Source: a virus
Lineage: Duplodnaviria; Caudoviricetes
Length of the DNA: 59,969 bases
IMG/VR virus record: IMGVR_UViG_3300045806_000152
Location: 1-59,969 of that record
Direction: 5' to 3' (one strand)
Shown piece after piece: positions 29,833-41,152 of the stretch (positions within the stretch are counted from its first letter, which is position 1; each line of letters begins with the position of its first letter). The notes beneath the pieces were generated by a model, which searched no databases, was not told the DNA's origin, and saw nothing but the letters and a program-made list of their open reading frames with translations. Position numbers and translations under genes: made by a program.

Positions 29833-30516
29833 TCATAGTTTCACCTCTAGATCATATACAACTAGATACTCACCAAGCCTTTCCTTGTGTAATGCTGTGA
29901 TCTTTTCGCGTGAACGCCAACTAACCTTGTTTATGAGAACATTGTACCACCTATCTGGATCAGTTGGAGCTTCTACATGAAATAGTGACCAAGACTCTGC
30001 ATAAGACAATCCGCCTTTCGTACTATATTCTTCAATACAAATAAATAAGAACTGATCTTTCTTGAGCCTCTTTATGTCTTCTGATAAGGAATCACTACTA
30101 GATATATACCACTTCCAATTAGATTCTTGGCCTCTATTTATCTTCCCAGAGCCTCTATAATTCTTTTTACCTATATAGCCCTTACCTTCCGGTATATTAT
30201 ATATTAAATAGATAAAACCAACCATACCTTTTTCCCCCATTACTGTAGGGAAGTCCCAATGCCCATTAGATCCATAATCACTACGCTTTACTCTAGACCC
30301 AATAACACCTTCTAGTGAGGTATATTTAGCAGCTCTTTTTATTGGAATATTTTTGGGTATGTTTTCTACAGGTTCTTTAGCTGGACTTTTTAATGCTTGC
30401 TTTAGCTCCTTTGCAGTCATACTAGCTTCTGGAACCTTAAAAGAAGGTATTGATAGTTTTATTACTTCGTCATCTTTAGGTAATGGTTCCGCTACGGGCA
30501 CTTTAAATGTAACCAT
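29833..30516 (-). CDS. GIY-YIG (Seg-like) endonuclease with low-complexity N-terminal extension
   Basis: GFIYLIYN...YIGKK, WKWYISSS, YAE, WYN. Confidence 0.8.
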   Translation of the reverse strand: MVTFKVPVAEPLPKDDEVIKLSIPSFKVPEASMTAKELKQALKSPAKEPVENIPKNIPIKRAAKYTSLEGVIGSRVKRSDYGSNGHWDFPTVMGEKGMVGFIYLIYNIPEGKGYIGKKNYRGSGKINRGQESNWKWYISSSDSLSEDIKRLKKDQFLFICIEEYSTKGGLSYAESWSLFHVEAPTDPDRWYNVLINKVSWRSREKITALHKERLGEYLVVYDLEVKL

Positions 30517-30727
30517 AATGATCTTATTATTTTATTTTATTAGTGTTTAATAAATGCCGTCTCTAGCTAAAGCTTCTTTATTAGCTTGATTAGCTGCCTC
30601 TGTTTGATAGCGCAGATTAACCATATTAATTGCACCAAGGATATCTGCGTATTCTGCACCTACTTCGCGATCTGATTCAATTATTTCACATATTTTAATA
30701 CGTAGGGCCTCTGCTGTACTATAAGTT

Positions 30728-31018
30728 TTATTTGACATTTTTATCTTCCATTTGTTTAATTTGATCATCCCATTGAAGCGATGACTTTCCATTCCACTTT
30801 TTAATTTTATCTAATACATAATCGTGTTCACCTTTTCCGAAACGTTTACGTAATAGCATTAGTGTAGTGCATTCAAAATCCGCTGCTCTTTGCTGTGAAT
30901 TCATCAAGGCTGATGAAATACCTCTTTGCACAAATGTAGCAATATTGGCAGCACATTCTGGGTTTTGTGAAACATAAGATTCAACATAGCTGTAAAAGAC
31001 GGAATGATTATTATTCAT
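30728..31018 (-). CDS. Hypothetical protein
   Basis: ORF in operon. Confidence 0.6.
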   Translation of the reverse strand: MNNNHSVFYSYVESYVSQNPECAANIATFVQRGISSALMNSQQRAADFECTTLMLLRKRFGKGEHDYVLDKIKKWNGKSSLQWDDQIKQMEDKNVK

Positions 31019-31221
31019 ATTAGCTTTTAGTGTTGTTTAAGAATCCATTCAGATACTGTATAACCACGTTTCTTTAATAATTCAATAGAACTGTAAGGTA
31101 TATGTTGAGTATCTGCAAGAAGCTTTTTCCAGGCATCTTCTTCTGTACGACTTTTAAGATGAATCAATGCTGATCCTGCTGGTGTATGTGGTACGAAACT
31201 CATTATTTAACCCTATTATAA

Positions 31222-31563
31222 TTAAACTTTAAACATTTTATCATACAAACTGTCTAGAATATTATTTGCTTCAGTATAATCCCTTTTTATAACTGCATGT
31301 TTTAATTTAATTAAATCATTACGGAATTCTCCAAATATATCTTCCGCAACTGCTAATCTAGCTTCTTTTCTTACACGTTCAATATCTCCAATATCTTCTA
31401 TTACAGCTCCATATGAAATTTTTAAACCAAGTTCAATTTCATATCCTAATTTGAAATCTATAGCATTTATACCCTCCCTCAATTCTACAAGATCACTAGG
31501 AGGTAATAACGAAACATTACGATAGTTTTGAAATTTATCAATTCTATCACAGAGCTTACTCAT
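31222..31563 (-). CDS. Hypothetical phage protein
   Basis: Starts immediately after the exonuclease stop. Confidence 0.65.
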   Translation of the reverse strand: MSKLCDRIDKFQNYRNVSLLPPSDLVELREGINAIDFKLGYEIELGLKISYGAVIEDIGDIERVRKEARLAVAEDIFGEFRNDLIKLKHAVIKRDYTEANNILDSLYDKMFKV

Positions 31564-32646
31564 TTATAGTTTCCTTTTCATAATAGGTAAACTAGTATTT
31601 GTTGGAATTTTAAATGATGGAACCTTCGAAGTAATTTTTTCCTTACTAGTTGCCACCGGAGTTTTGGGTATTACTGGGGCAATGGCTGCACTCTGTTCGC
31701 TTGCAGTAGCTACCACCTCGCTCGAACCCGCGTCAAATTCGGCGTCAGCTTTTGGCATAACTGGATAACTCGGAAATGATAGTGATACTTCCTCTTCTAT
31801 TTTATCATAGTTTTTAGTAAGCAAATCATCGCAATCATTTGAACTCTCGTATTCTGATAAGGCTTCATAGGCTTCATCAGGAATTATCCACTCATCAATA
31901 CTAAAAATATCAGTTGGATGTTTAAGCAAATACAGTAATCTACCATTAAGAATAAGTTCCTTCTTCCATCGATCTCCAAAATACTGGTAGTATTGATCTA
32001 CTATAACCATTTGCATCTCAGTTTCGTCTTCACAATCAGCTAGAAGATTTGTTGCTTTTACAGGCCCGATCTTAGGTATGCCTTTAATATTATCAGTGGG
32101 ATCTCCTTTGAGCAGTTGCTCATAAAAGAATCTTGCAGCAAATTCAGAAGTACTCTCAAAGAAAGCTCGATCTTTTGTATTGTAATGAGTACCAGGTATA
32201 CATTTTAAATCCTTGTCTACACTAAAGATTACAAAAGGTCTACCAACTGCTTTACACTCTTCACTCCATATGCGAATATAATCATCAGCCTCCATACCTA
32301 TAGCTTCTACAGCTAGTCCTGCATCTATTAACCAACGTCTAAGAATTGGGACAAAAGGGTTAATAGAGCTTGGATTTCTACGATGTTGCTTATATTCTGG
32401 GTAAATATCATCACGAAAATTTGTAGCTGATTTAACTGCCATTTTATGGTCATTTGTATAAATTAATTCTTTATAATCCTGAACATTTTTTTTAAGTCTT
32501 TCCCAGCACTCTTCTAAATACTTATCATCTTCTTCAGGAGTAAATTCTACTAATTCCTCTTTAGATTTACCATCAAATCTTGATCGACATGCTTGATAGG
32601 CTAAAACATCTCCATCAATTATTGCAAGTGTTGATTGATCTTTCAT
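31564..32646 (-). CDS. 5'-3' exonuclease (T7 gp6/FEN-like) with long disordered C-terminal tail
   Basis: IIDGD, YPEYKQHR, EADD, SVDKDL, GDPTDNIKGIPKIGPVKA. Confidence 0.93.
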   Translation of the reverse strand: MKDQSTLAIIDGDVLAYQACRSRFDGKSKEELVEFTPEEDDKYLEECWERLKKNVQDYKELIYTNDHKMAVKSATNFRDDIYPEYKQHRRNPSSINPFVPILRRWLIDAGLAVEAIGMEADDYIRIWSEECKAVGRPFVIFSVDKDLKCIPGTHYNTKDRAFFESTSEFAARFFYEQLLKGDPTDNIKGIPKIGPVKATNLLADCEDETEMQMVIVDQYYQYFGDRWKKELILNGRLLYLLKHPTDIFSIDEWIIPDEAYEALSEYESSNDCDDLLTKNYDKIEEEVSLSFPSYPVMPKADAEFDAGSSEVVATASEQSAAIAPVIPKTPVATSKEKITSKVPSFKIPTNTSLPIMKRKL

Positions 32647-32937
32647 TTATCTCTCCAATAGGCCTTTATCCATAGAGTATTCCATCCATATATTCATTCG
32701 ATCTTTTTTAGCCTTAATTAGAAATTCCTCTTTTTTAATATTAAAACCTAAATCTACTAGCATCTCAATTATAGCTGTAATATCATTAATCTCAACCTTT
32801 AAATCAAACTCATTTGAAATACCTTTAGATTGATGAATGTCTTCTGGACCAAATCTATTACACTTAGAGGCTGATTGAATTACCTCTGCGCATTCCTCCA
32901 TTAGACATTGTATCAAATACTCTTTTTTAGTTAGCAC
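32647..32937 (-). CDS. MazG-like NTP pyrophosphohydrolase
   Basis: LMEECAEVIQ..SK..RFG and EIND motifs. Confidence 0.75.
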   Translation of the reverse strand: MLTKKEYLIQCLMEECAEVIQSASKCNRFGPEDIHQSKGISNEFDLKVEINDITAIIEMLVDLGFNIKKEEFLIKAKKDRMNIWMEYSMDKGLLER

Positions 32938-33033
32938 ATTACCTCCATTTATTACTCTCCAACCAATCTATAATATATAGAATAGCAACACCAACACAAA
33001 GAATCCCTATAGATAAAACAAAGAGGTCACCTA

Positions 33034-33300
33034 TCATGGTATAAACCTCAGCTTAGTATTATCAGGTTGAATAGCCTCGGCTTTATCCCAAGCTATATCT
33101 GGGTTACTAGGTATTTCACCATCATTGTTTAGGGCAATTCCTAAGGCAATCATAAAATCATCACGCCTTACAATTTTTTCTTCTTCATCACCTTCAACAG
33201 AATCTGTTACCCTATATTGGATATATTCAGAGCCTGGTGCTAGTCTTTCATCTGAGAAACTAATAATTAAATCCTCAAGAATGATATCCCCTTTTATCAT
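33034..33300 (-). CDS. Hypothetical protein
   Basis: ORF in operon. Confidence 0.6.
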   Translation of the reverse strand: MIKGDIILEDLIISFSDERLAPGSEYIQYRVTDSVEGDEEEKIVRRDDFMIALGIALNNDGEIPSNPDIAWDKAEAIQPDNTKLRFIP

Positions 33301-33647
33301 ATAAGACCTCTTGTTTCTAGTAATTTTTCTCTAGTTTCTATTGACATCTTTTTTACCTCTTCTAGATCGGTATTCAACATTCTTTTGCAATAAGCGTGTC
33401 CACTATTACCCACTTTAACTGATTCAGATGCCGTAGTTTTATCTACTACATTACAGCGGATTAGCTTACTCCAAGATATTGCCTCGTCTACTACTTCGTA
33501 TACTTGGAAGGTTAATGAACCCTTATTTAAGATGACTTTCTCTATTAGACCATTAATGGAACGTTTTATACAAATTACATATAAACCTCTTAATTCTTCT
33601 CGGCTTCCTTCAACATATCCAAAAGCGTCTCTTATGATTACTACCAC
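33297..33647 (-). CDS. Hypothetical protein
   Basis: ORF in operon. Confidence 0.55.
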   Translation of the reverse strand: MVVIIRDAFGYVEGSREELRGLYVICIKRSINGLIEKVILNKGSLTFQVYEVVDEAISWSKLIRCNVVDKTTASESVKVGNSGHAYCKRMLNTDLEEVKKMSIETREKLLETRGLI

Positions 33648-33661
33648 GATTATCCCTTTGC

Positions 33662-33820
33662 TTATACTGTTGTGAATTTACGCTCAATCTTAGCACCACT
33701 ATAGCAACGTGGTTTTCCAAATTTATCCTTACGAATTTCTGCTTCTAACTTAGGTACATGGTGTACACGACCTGGACCTTTCTTTGTTGAATGAGGGTTT
33801 TTACCAAAAGACTTAGTCAT
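33662..33820 (-). CDS. Small basic protein (52 aa, not in the ORF track)
   Basis: MTKSFGKNPHSTKKGPGRVHH... with AAGGA SD. Confidence 0.55.
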   Translation of the reverse strand: MTKSFGKNPHSTKKGPGRVHHVPKLEAEIRKDKFGKPRCYSGAKIERKFTTV

Positions 33821-34184
33821 ATATTATCCTTAAATTGTAGTTGTAGTTTTATTGTCAGGTTGCATTACTATTCCAGCATTAATATAGCCAACACTATTTG
33901 TTGAATATGGTGTTTCTTTCATATCAATAATTCCTCTCCATTAGTTTATCACAATTATCTTTTGAAATAAGAAACCAAATATGCTCAGGTACTTCAAACC
34001 CTGATTCTTTCTGACCTAATGCAATACCTGATGTGAATAAATTAATACGGTGTAAATCCTCAAGAGTAACTTTTTTACCACTCTCAATACGACTCATACC
34101 TTGACTGAATTTGTATTTAATAATACGACCATAGTCTTCTACTTCTAATCTTTTAGTTGACATTGTTATCCTTATAAATAATTA

Positions 34185-34544
34185 TTAAGATATTCTAATT
34201 CTATATTCCATCATAAACCTATTATGCTCAGTTAAATCTAATATTTGTACGATCCATTTAAACTCAATCTTTGGATCCAATTCAGCATCTAATTTATCTT
34301 CTACTTCAAGTACCTTTGCTATAGCAGGTTTTTCTCCAGCAATAACTACTACATAATCACCTTTCTTGACAAGATATCGTGATTTGTAAGTATATCTCTT
34401 CGCAGTATATTTAAAACGAACATGAGCTATTACATATTCCTCAAAGTTATATTTAGGTATAATCTCTTCTGACACCTTAACTATTTTTGTTTCAGTTAAG
34501 GTGTTTTTCTTTTGTATACTTCCAGGTACTTTAAACATAAACAA
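34185..34544 (-). CDS. Hypothetical phage protein with N-terminal FKVP
   Basis: VRFK...YTYK....VKKGDYVVV...KWIVQ pattern seen in phage proteins. Confidence 0.7.
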   Translation of the reverse strand: MFMFKVPGSIQKKNTLTETKIVKVSEEIIPKYNFEEYVIAHVRFKYTAKRYTYKSRYLVKKGDYVVVIAGEKPAIAKVLEVEDKLDAELDPKIEFKWIVQILDLTEHNRFMMEYRIRIS

Positions 34545-34586
34545 TTAACCTATTTAGTTATCCTTTATTATTGTATTCAATTAATA

Positions 34587-35000
34587 TCACATACCTACTG
34601 CAAGAATTGGTAGGCCATTTGTTTTAATAATATCTACCCATAACGCATAGCTCTGTTGGTGATGTGTGTAGTTATAAAAGTGAGTTTGGTTTTTCTTCCA
34701 ATATTCTTTATCTCTGTAGTCATGCTTTATAGGTCTATACTTAAATGATATCTTTAGTGGTACAGTATCTCTGGTAAATACTAAATAAGCATGCTCAATT
34801 TTACCAGTTGGATAATATACGATACCTCTTGGTATATCATCTAATTCCAATAACTCTACCTCAGGAATTGAATTAAAGTTTTTTATAGATATATTCTTAG
34901 AGCTGACTAGGCTATCTCCAAATGGTAACCTAGGGGCTTTAACATTAAACTTCATTAGTTCAGTTTTTACACCATCTGTTTCTTCTATCTTATTTGCCAT
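34587..35000 (-). CDS. Hypothetical protein
   Basis: 137-aa ORF downstream of the DNA polymerase. Confidence 0.65.
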   Translation of the reverse strand: MANKIEETDGVKTELMKFNVKAPRLPFGDSLVSSKNISIKNFNSIPEVELLELDDIPRGIVYYPTGKIEHAYLVFTRDTVPLKISFKYRPIKHDYRDKEYWKKNQTHFYNYTHHQQSYALWVDIIKTNGLPILAVGM

Positions 35001-35011
35001 TTTGTGCCTTA

Positions 35012-36943
35012 TTAGTGTGTCTCATATAATGAATTCCCAATTTTCCCAGCGCCATCTAATATATTACATCCAAATACTTTAGCAGACTCTCTATATGCTT
35101 CTATACCAATTTCTAATGTTTTTTCAGCATATTGTTCATCTACCTCTACTTGAAATTCATCATGGTTCCAAAGTAAAGGGTCATATGGAATATTCTCTTC
35201 TTCCATTCTTTTCATAAAATATGCAATAGCAGCCTTGCAACTAACTGCTTCAAATGCCTGTAATAGGTAATTTAGTGATTTATGTAGACTATCACAATAA
35301 ATTTTCCTACCATCTAAACCAGGTATCCAAGCTACACCCCTTGATTCTGTTTTGTGGTATATCTCATTTATCTTCCTTACTAGAGGTTGAAGACCAGGTA
35401 CTCTTTTGATAAACTCATTTTTTAATTTATTACCAATATCAGGCATGTTCTTATTCAAAACAATCAAAGATAGTTTAGCCCCGCCTGCACCAAATAAAAA
35501 AGCATAGATAAATGTCTTAGCTGTCTTACGTTTCACTACTTCATAGCTATTGTAGACTTTCATCTCACGAAGAATATCTGCAAGTTTATTTGCATTATCT
35601 TGATGAACATCTCCATATATAACTAGTTTTGTATACTCATCATTCTTTAAGTAATGACATAATGCTCTGAACTGATTACCTGAGCTATCACAACCTACAA
35701 TCTTTCTACCTTTATTTGCTATTAAAAGACTCCTCATCTGTTCTCCCCAAATAGCATCAGGGGTAGGTATATTAGCAACTGTCTTATGTCTCGCACGACC
35801 TGTTGGTGTAGCAATGGTGAAACAATCCCCATGAAGATGGTTAGTATCATCCATACGCTCAAGCCAACCTTTAAGAATACCATAACGAGATTTAGTAGTA
35901 GTATAATCGTTTATAATTTTCCCATGTTCACCTAAGGCTAATAAACTTTCTTCTGATAATTTAGGTGAAGTAATCCTATAAGACCCATCCTCATTCTTTC
36001 TACGATTAAAATCATCAGGCTGCCAACCTATGCTAAATAGGTATTTCTTAACATCTGCCATATTAGCCATATCAGGTTGTATGAATTCTATTCTGCTATA
36101 TGGACCAACAATTAAACGATCTTCCTCTTCCTGTCCACACTCTGGAGGTATAAAGAACCAATTTGCGGTATGAGCATCATAGTTACCATTCTTTATAAAC
36201 TTCGGAGTCTTAAAAGGATATTCCCCTTGAGTGATCTTAGCATCTTTCGCTTTAGTTCTAACTTTGAGATAAGGGTTGATAATAGCTTCAGTAGCTTTCA
36301 TTTGATTGTACATTTCTAACAATAAATTCTCAGCAGCCCCTCGGTCTACTAACCAACCGTTTTCTTTACATCTTGATACGAATTTAGCAACAGCATGCTC
36401 ATTACGCAAGGAATCTTTGAAGGAAGGATTCTTAGCAGTAATCTCACGATATTCTGCAAGTAAGTATTGATAAACTTTAAAATTAAGCCGAACGTCTTGT
36501 ATACAATAATCAGTCATTGCTGGATGAAATTGTTGGAACTCAGCACCATCTGGAGAATTTTCTTCAATTAGTCCAAGTTGTATTGCATGTGCTCTCCAAT
36601 CAATTTTAGAATCACCTAGGAACTCGCCCCAATCATCTAGACGATGCCTCCCACTCTTAAACCTTTTATAGTTTTGAGATTGTGACATTAATAAGGTATC
36701 ATGGATATTACATGTTTTACTAGGTTCCCACTTAAACATCTTCTTTAAGGCACACAAATCAAAATTTATAATATTATGGCCAGTTAGCAATGTTGCTGAA
36801 GACATTTCTTCAATCCATCCTAAGTCACCCTCTAAGTACTGACGTTCTTCTTTTGTGTCAATATTAAAGAGGGCAACTATCCAGACTTTACTTATGGTAT
36901 CCAATAATCCGTCTGACTCGATGTCAAACAAATATCTTGCCAT
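35012..36943 (-). CDS. Family A DNA polymerase (T7 gp5-like) with 3'-5' exonuclease
   Basis: FDIESDGL (ExoI), GHNIINFD, YCIQDV, TGRARH, GCDSSG, AKTFIYAFLFG, NYLLQ, HDE. Confidence 0.95.
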   Translation of the reverse strand: MARYLFDIESDGLLDTISKVWIVALFNIDTKEERQYLEGDLGWIEEMSSATLLTGHNIINFDLCALKKMFKWEPSKTCNIHDTLLMSQSQNYKRFKSGRHRLDDWGEFLGDSKIDWRAHAIQLGLIEENSPDGAEFQQFHPAMTDYCIQDVRLNFKVYQYLLAEYREITAKNPSFKDSLRNEHAVAKFVSRCKENGWLVDRGAAENLLLEMYNQMKATEAIINPYLKVRTKAKDAKITQGEYPFKTPKFIKNGNYDAHTANWFFIPPECGQEEEDRLIVGPYSRIEFIQPDMANMADVKKYLFSIGWQPDDFNRRKNEDGSYRITSPKLSEESLLALGEHGKIINDYTTTKSRYGILKGWLERMDDTNHLHGDCFTIATPTGRARHKTVANIPTPDAIWGEQMRSLLIANKGRKIVGCDSSGNQFRALCHYLKNDEYTKLVIYGDVHQDNANKLADILREMKVYNSYEVVKRKTAKTFIYAFLFGAGGAKLSLIVLNKNMPDIGNKLKNEFIKRVPGLQPLVRKINEIYHKTESRGVAWIPGLDGRKIYCDSLHKSLNYLLQAFEAVSCKAAIAYFMKRMEEENIPYDPLLWNHDEFQVEVDEQYAEKTLEIGIEAYRESAKVFGCNILDGAGKIGNSLYETH

Positions 36944-37109
36944 ATTATACCTTTGATTTATTAATAAAATCTCTAATCTTATTCAAATTAGATTGATCCC
37001 CAATAATCATTTTTTCTTCCATTGTTAATGAATTATAATTGTAATTTATACTAATAAAGGAATACTCTAAAAGTTTAGCTACAACTCTAACTATATCCTT
37101 ATCCATTCA

Positions 37110-37415
37110 TTACCCTTTGCTTATATTTTGAGCCAATAAATAACCTTCAAGTTGCCAAATCTTATCTCTAGCATTTTCGAAAGCAATCTTCTTACCGAGG
37201 GCTTCATCAAAATTAGCTGAACTCACACATGAACTTTCACCAGTTACTGTAAAATCATTATTAAGGGTTATGCAACATACTGTAGTATTAGTACCAGGAA
37301 ACCTATAATACTGATTATTTTTAATATTAGCATCAATCAATGCAGGGGTTAAACGAGGTGCTGTTAGGCCTTTATCAATAATCTCTTGTTCAATTGCTTC
37401 TTCATCTTTACCCAT
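37110..37415 (-). CDS. Phage gp49/gp66 family protein
   Basis: APRLTP, FTVTGESSCVS..NFD..G..IA..NA..KIWQLEGYLL. Confidence 0.85.
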   Translation of the reverse strand: MGKDEEAIEQEIIDKGLTAPRLTPALIDANIKNNQYYRFPGTNTTVCCITLNNDFTVTGESSCVSSANFDEALGKKIAFENARDKIWQLEGYLLAQNISKG

Positions 37416-38148
37416 TTGTTAATTCCTTTATTTTAGAGATTTCTACTGGTTTATTATCATTCTCAATATAAGCAATTAAATAATTAGTATACCACCTAAG
37501 TTTCCTCAGCTCTTGTAAACCGCTATCTTTCCTATCAAGCCTAGATAAATACTTATGGATCTGCAACAGTACAGCAGCTTTAAAATTTTCAGGGTCTTTA
37601 AATTGAGGGATATGTGACATAACCTCCAACCATTGCATATCCTTTACAAAACCTTGATAATGTGCTGGATTAATTGCACCACCTATTGATTGAGTCTTTC
37701 CAATTGTAATATTTGGTTTATCGCCCCATTTTGGAGCAGGAGGCTCCTTAATAAGTTTACGACTCATCCCATTACTATCAATAACTTCTTCAAGTACTTC
37801 AATCTTTTTATCAGGCATTGGGAATCCCTCAATAGGGTTCCAATGGTGATCTCTAATTGTTTTAATTTGCTCACTTAGATTTGCCACACTAAGAGGATTT
37901 CTTAATTGTTCTAGTTGTTCCTTTACAGCATCTTTATCAGCCTTATCAGACCATGTAAAATTTCTTGCAAGCATTTCCATATGCTCATCAAATGCATCCT
38001 GTGTATGGAATTCTACAATATGGCCTGGGTGTAATCCATCAGTCATTCTTACCCATTTACCATCAGCAATATCATTGATCTCCATATGATTTGTTGTGGT
38101 ATCATAACGCTGATTATTCTCATTCATTCTATCAAATGTGTATCTCAT
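37408..38148 (-). CDS. DUF3310 (T7 gp1.7 nucleotide kinase-like) domain protein
   Basis: AINPAHYQ ... KYLSRLDRKD..LQELRKLRWY. Confidence 0.75.
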   Translation of the reverse strand: MRYTFDRMNENNQRYDTTTNHMEINDIADGKWVRMTDGLHPGHIVEFHTQDAFDEHMEMLARNFTWSDKADKDAVKEQLEQLRNPLSVANLSEQIKTIRDHHWNPIEGFPMPDKKIEVLEEVIDSNGMSRKLIKEPPAPKWGDKPNITIGKTQSIGGAINPAHYQGFVKDMQWLEVMSHIPQFKDPENFKAAVLLQIHKYLSRLDRKDSGLQELRKLRWYTNYLIAYIENDNKPVEISKIKELTNG

Positions 38149-38247
38149 TATACCCCTAAATAAATTTTGTGATCATTAATAATAGGCCAAAGCTCACCTG
38201 TAGCTGTATCTAAACAACCTATTATCCTTGCTAGCTATTGGTATTAA

Positions 38248-38508
38248 TTAATAAACTTCACCGTTATCAAATTTGTTCTGTGATTCTTCAGGAACTACAA
38301 AGTTATTTTGGAAATCAAATTTTACATTTTCCAAAGTACCCACTACTTTTTTAAATTTGGATTTATCAGTATTACCTTCTTCATCCTTAATATAATTATT
38401 AATAAGGCGCATAATGGTATAACTGAGTTCATCACTTGATTTTGGTGTACAATTAATTACAGTTGATACATCCAAAATTGAACGTTGCTTCTTAGAGATA
38501 TGTGACAT
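38248..38508 (-). CDS. Hypothetical phage protein
   Basis: ELSY...GTLENVK...NGEVY pattern. Confidence 0.65.
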   Translation of the reverse strand: MSHISKKQRSILDVSTVINCTPKSSDELSYTIMRLINNYIKDEEGNTDKSKFKKVVGTLENVKFDFQNNFVVPEESQNKFDNGEVY

Positions 38509-38519
38509 ATAGCCCTTTC

Positions 38520-39104
38520 TTAGAAGTCGTCATTGTTAGAATCACTAACCTTAGTAGAATCACCTTCAGTATCTTTTGGAATATTCACAATACGCTCAGT
38601 GGTACAAATATCAAAGTCTTCACCACCTGTTGGAGTATACACAATATGTTTAATAAGCTGTACGCCAGTTAGCATTGTGAACATACCCTTTGGATCCTCA
38701 CCTTTCTTAACTTTTTTCTTTTCATACTCTACTTGGAAGATCTTTAGATTAGCTATTGAGCCATTACCGATAGTTGTTGGATCTACATCTTTACGATTTC
38801 CATCAACAACTGTTACGGGATCAGCAGGGGTTCCATCTGATTTAGTTGATGCTTTACGTAAGCTACTAATATACTGCTTTTCACCTGCCTCATTAAGAAT
38901 TGGTTCTCCAATTTCATCTTCACTTTCTGTTTTCTCACGCAGCAGCTTTATAGCTATTTTTAGATCTTTGAATTCTTGAAGCTGAGCAGGGTCTGTAACT
39001 ACTACTTGTAGCTCCCATTGGAAGCCATCCTCATTATAATTCTTTGTTGGCTTCTTTGGATCAAGTTTAACCCAATTAATTAAGCAATTACGTAGAATAG
39101 CCAT
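38520..39104 (-). CDS. Single-stranded DNA-binding protein (T7 gp2.5-like)
   Basis: IGNGS and LTGVQL motifs; acidic C-terminus ending in F; position in the replication module. Confidence 0.8.
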   Translation of the reverse strand: MAILRNCLINWVKLDPKKPTKNYNEDGFQWELQVVVTDPAQLQEFKDLKIAIKLLREKTESEDEIGEPILNEAGEKQYISSLRKASTKSDGTPADPVTVVDGNRKDVDPTTIGNGSIANLKIFQVEYEKKKVKKGEDPKGMFTMLTGVQLIKHIVYTPTGGEDFDICTTERIVNIPKDTEGDSTKVSDSNNDDF

Positions 39105-39333
39105 TATAAATTTCTCTTTCTATATTTTAAGTGATTATTGTATTGTTATTTTCTACATATTAAAACATCTAATTAAAACCATTTTTTGAGTTGGTTCCAA
39201 TAAGACGAGTACTATGTACATTAATTTAAAGGGGTCTGTGATGGTTTACTTTGCTCTAAACTAAGTATTGAAATTTTTAATCAATATTGAAGAATTCTCC
39301 ATGAAGTTCTTCAGCTCTTCGAACCTTTTCCAT

Positions 39334-39534
39334 TCACCCCTCTTTTCCAAAAGTTTCCTCCCATTCTATCGGCGTCACTCCCGTCATCAAAAATTCTCGT
39401 TCATCAGCTGACAAGTTTGGCATTACATTTTGAATCAATCCACCATTTTTCCAATTATCTAATTGAGCTTGGGTAACATCAATTTCACAGCTATTAATCT
39501 TTCCAGAGAAAGCAGATCGACGCGTTATTAACAT
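39334..39534 (-). CDS. Conserved small phage protein
   Basis: LIQNVMPNLSADEREFLMTG. Confidence 0.75.
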   Translation of the reverse strand: MLITRRSAFSGKINSCEIDVTQAQLDNWKNGGLIQNVMPNLSADEREFLMTGVTPIEWEETFGKEG

Positions 39535-39820
39535 TTATTAACTCCAAATATAATCATAACAATAATGTTCTAAATACATATATGGTATCAACCTAAATTC
39601 AATTACAGTCTCCTCTATAAGTGACCCAAATCTATTCAATATTTCAAATTGGGCATTATGCATCCAAGAACCTTTTTCAAATTTAACAACTGAATCTTCG
39701 CCATATTGGTTCTTTGTGACCATCCAATAATGATTATAAACTATCTCAAAAAATCCTCCTTTTTGTGGAGGATACATTAATTTAGTAATTGGAATTAGTA
39801 TATATTTTCTTACCATACTT

Positions 39821-40726
39821 TTAACTCATCAAATTTATATCTGATATAGATTTTTTAATACTAAACCCTGATGCATGCTTATGTCCACCACCTCCATATT
39901 CTTCAGCTATCTTTGCTACATCTATTCCATCAGATTTTGATCTTAAACTAAATACTCGTTCTCCTGGTTTATCATAAAATGTTGCGCCAAATGGCATACC
40001 CTCAGATAGCTTATTAGCACCCTCTGAAGCAAACATATAGGGCAAATTAGCTGCATAAACCTTATGACCACCAATTAACATTTCTCTTTTTAGCATTGGT
40101 AGAAGTTCATTTAAATCTTTATCAAATTTCCTCTGAATAGCTTCTCCTTCTATCTCTAGCATATTCATATCAGCAAACTCAGTATCAGGGCAAGTCAAAG
40201 AATCCCATAAACCGAAATCATATTGATATGAAAACATAGCCATATTAATATTCTTTGAATCCGACATTGAGAATTTCCATAGATCACGATCTTGAATATG
40301 AAGTAATAAATGTGGTGTATTAATTTGATTACCATGGTCAGCCGTATTTTGCTTACCATAATTGAAGAAATACTCCCAAGTTAATACACAACCTGATTGT
40401 TCCATATCAAATACAGTCTCTACATTCTCTGGTAAATCATGGTAACCTTCCAGTTTACGTTTCAGATTTTCTTCAGCTGATTGGTGATGGTCAATAATAA
40501 GAATGTTCTTAGCCTTCTTTGCCATTTCCAATATCTTACTACGCTTGTAACTGAAGTCCACCATGATAACACTACGATCAGTTACTTCTGGTTCTGTACC
40601 ACCATAAGATGCTGGAAAGAATTCTACATTGTCTTCTCCATAATACTTACGAACAACCCATGCTGCCGAGAATCCATCTAGGCAATTACCATGATATATA
40701 CATAATACTTTTTCTTTAAGTTCCAC
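39821..40726 (-). CDS. DHH/DHHA1 phosphoesterase
   Basis: YHGNCLDG, VDFS, IDHH, FSLRS, GGGGHKHASGF. Confidence 0.92.
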   Translation of the reverse strand: MELKEKVLCIYHGNCLDGFSAAWVVRKYYGEDNVEFFPASYGGTEPEVTDRSVIMVDFSYKRSKILEMAKKAKNILIIDHHQSAEENLKRKLEGYHDLPENVETVFDMEQSGCVLTWEYFFNYGKQNTADHGNQINTPHLLLHIQDRDLWKFSMSDSKNINMAMFSYQYDFGLWDSLTCPDTEFADMNMLEIEGEAIQRKFDKDLNELLPMLKREMLIGGHKVYAANLPYMFASEGANKLSEGMPFGATFYDKPGERVFSLRSKSDGIDVAKIAEEYGGGGHKHASGFSIKKSISDINLMS

Positions 40727-41152
40727 TAAATACCTCCTTTCTTACCTACATAAATTACTGGCTCATACCATGAGAAATTTAAACTATTTAAAATTAATGG
40801 TTTAGATTTTGTTGAGTATTTAAAGTCACCTTTATTAGTTTCTCCATATTTCTTTATAATAAAGGTACCTTCTTTTAAAAGTTTATCTAATTTATCATGA
40901 TATTCTCTATGAGTATACATGCTATAGTAATCTTTTATTAATGCATTAAGTCTATTATCAAACACTAGGATCTCATAGATTCTATTACCTGCTCCATTAT
41001 TTCTAGCAAAGCCACCTTCAATAAACTCATCAGATTTTTTAAATTGTACCATTTTTCTTTTTCCTATAAATTAGAGTCAAAGCAAAACCACTAAAGATTC
41101 CTAAGAAATAAGCATCTGAATAACATAGTAAATAATCAATAGCGTTCTGCAT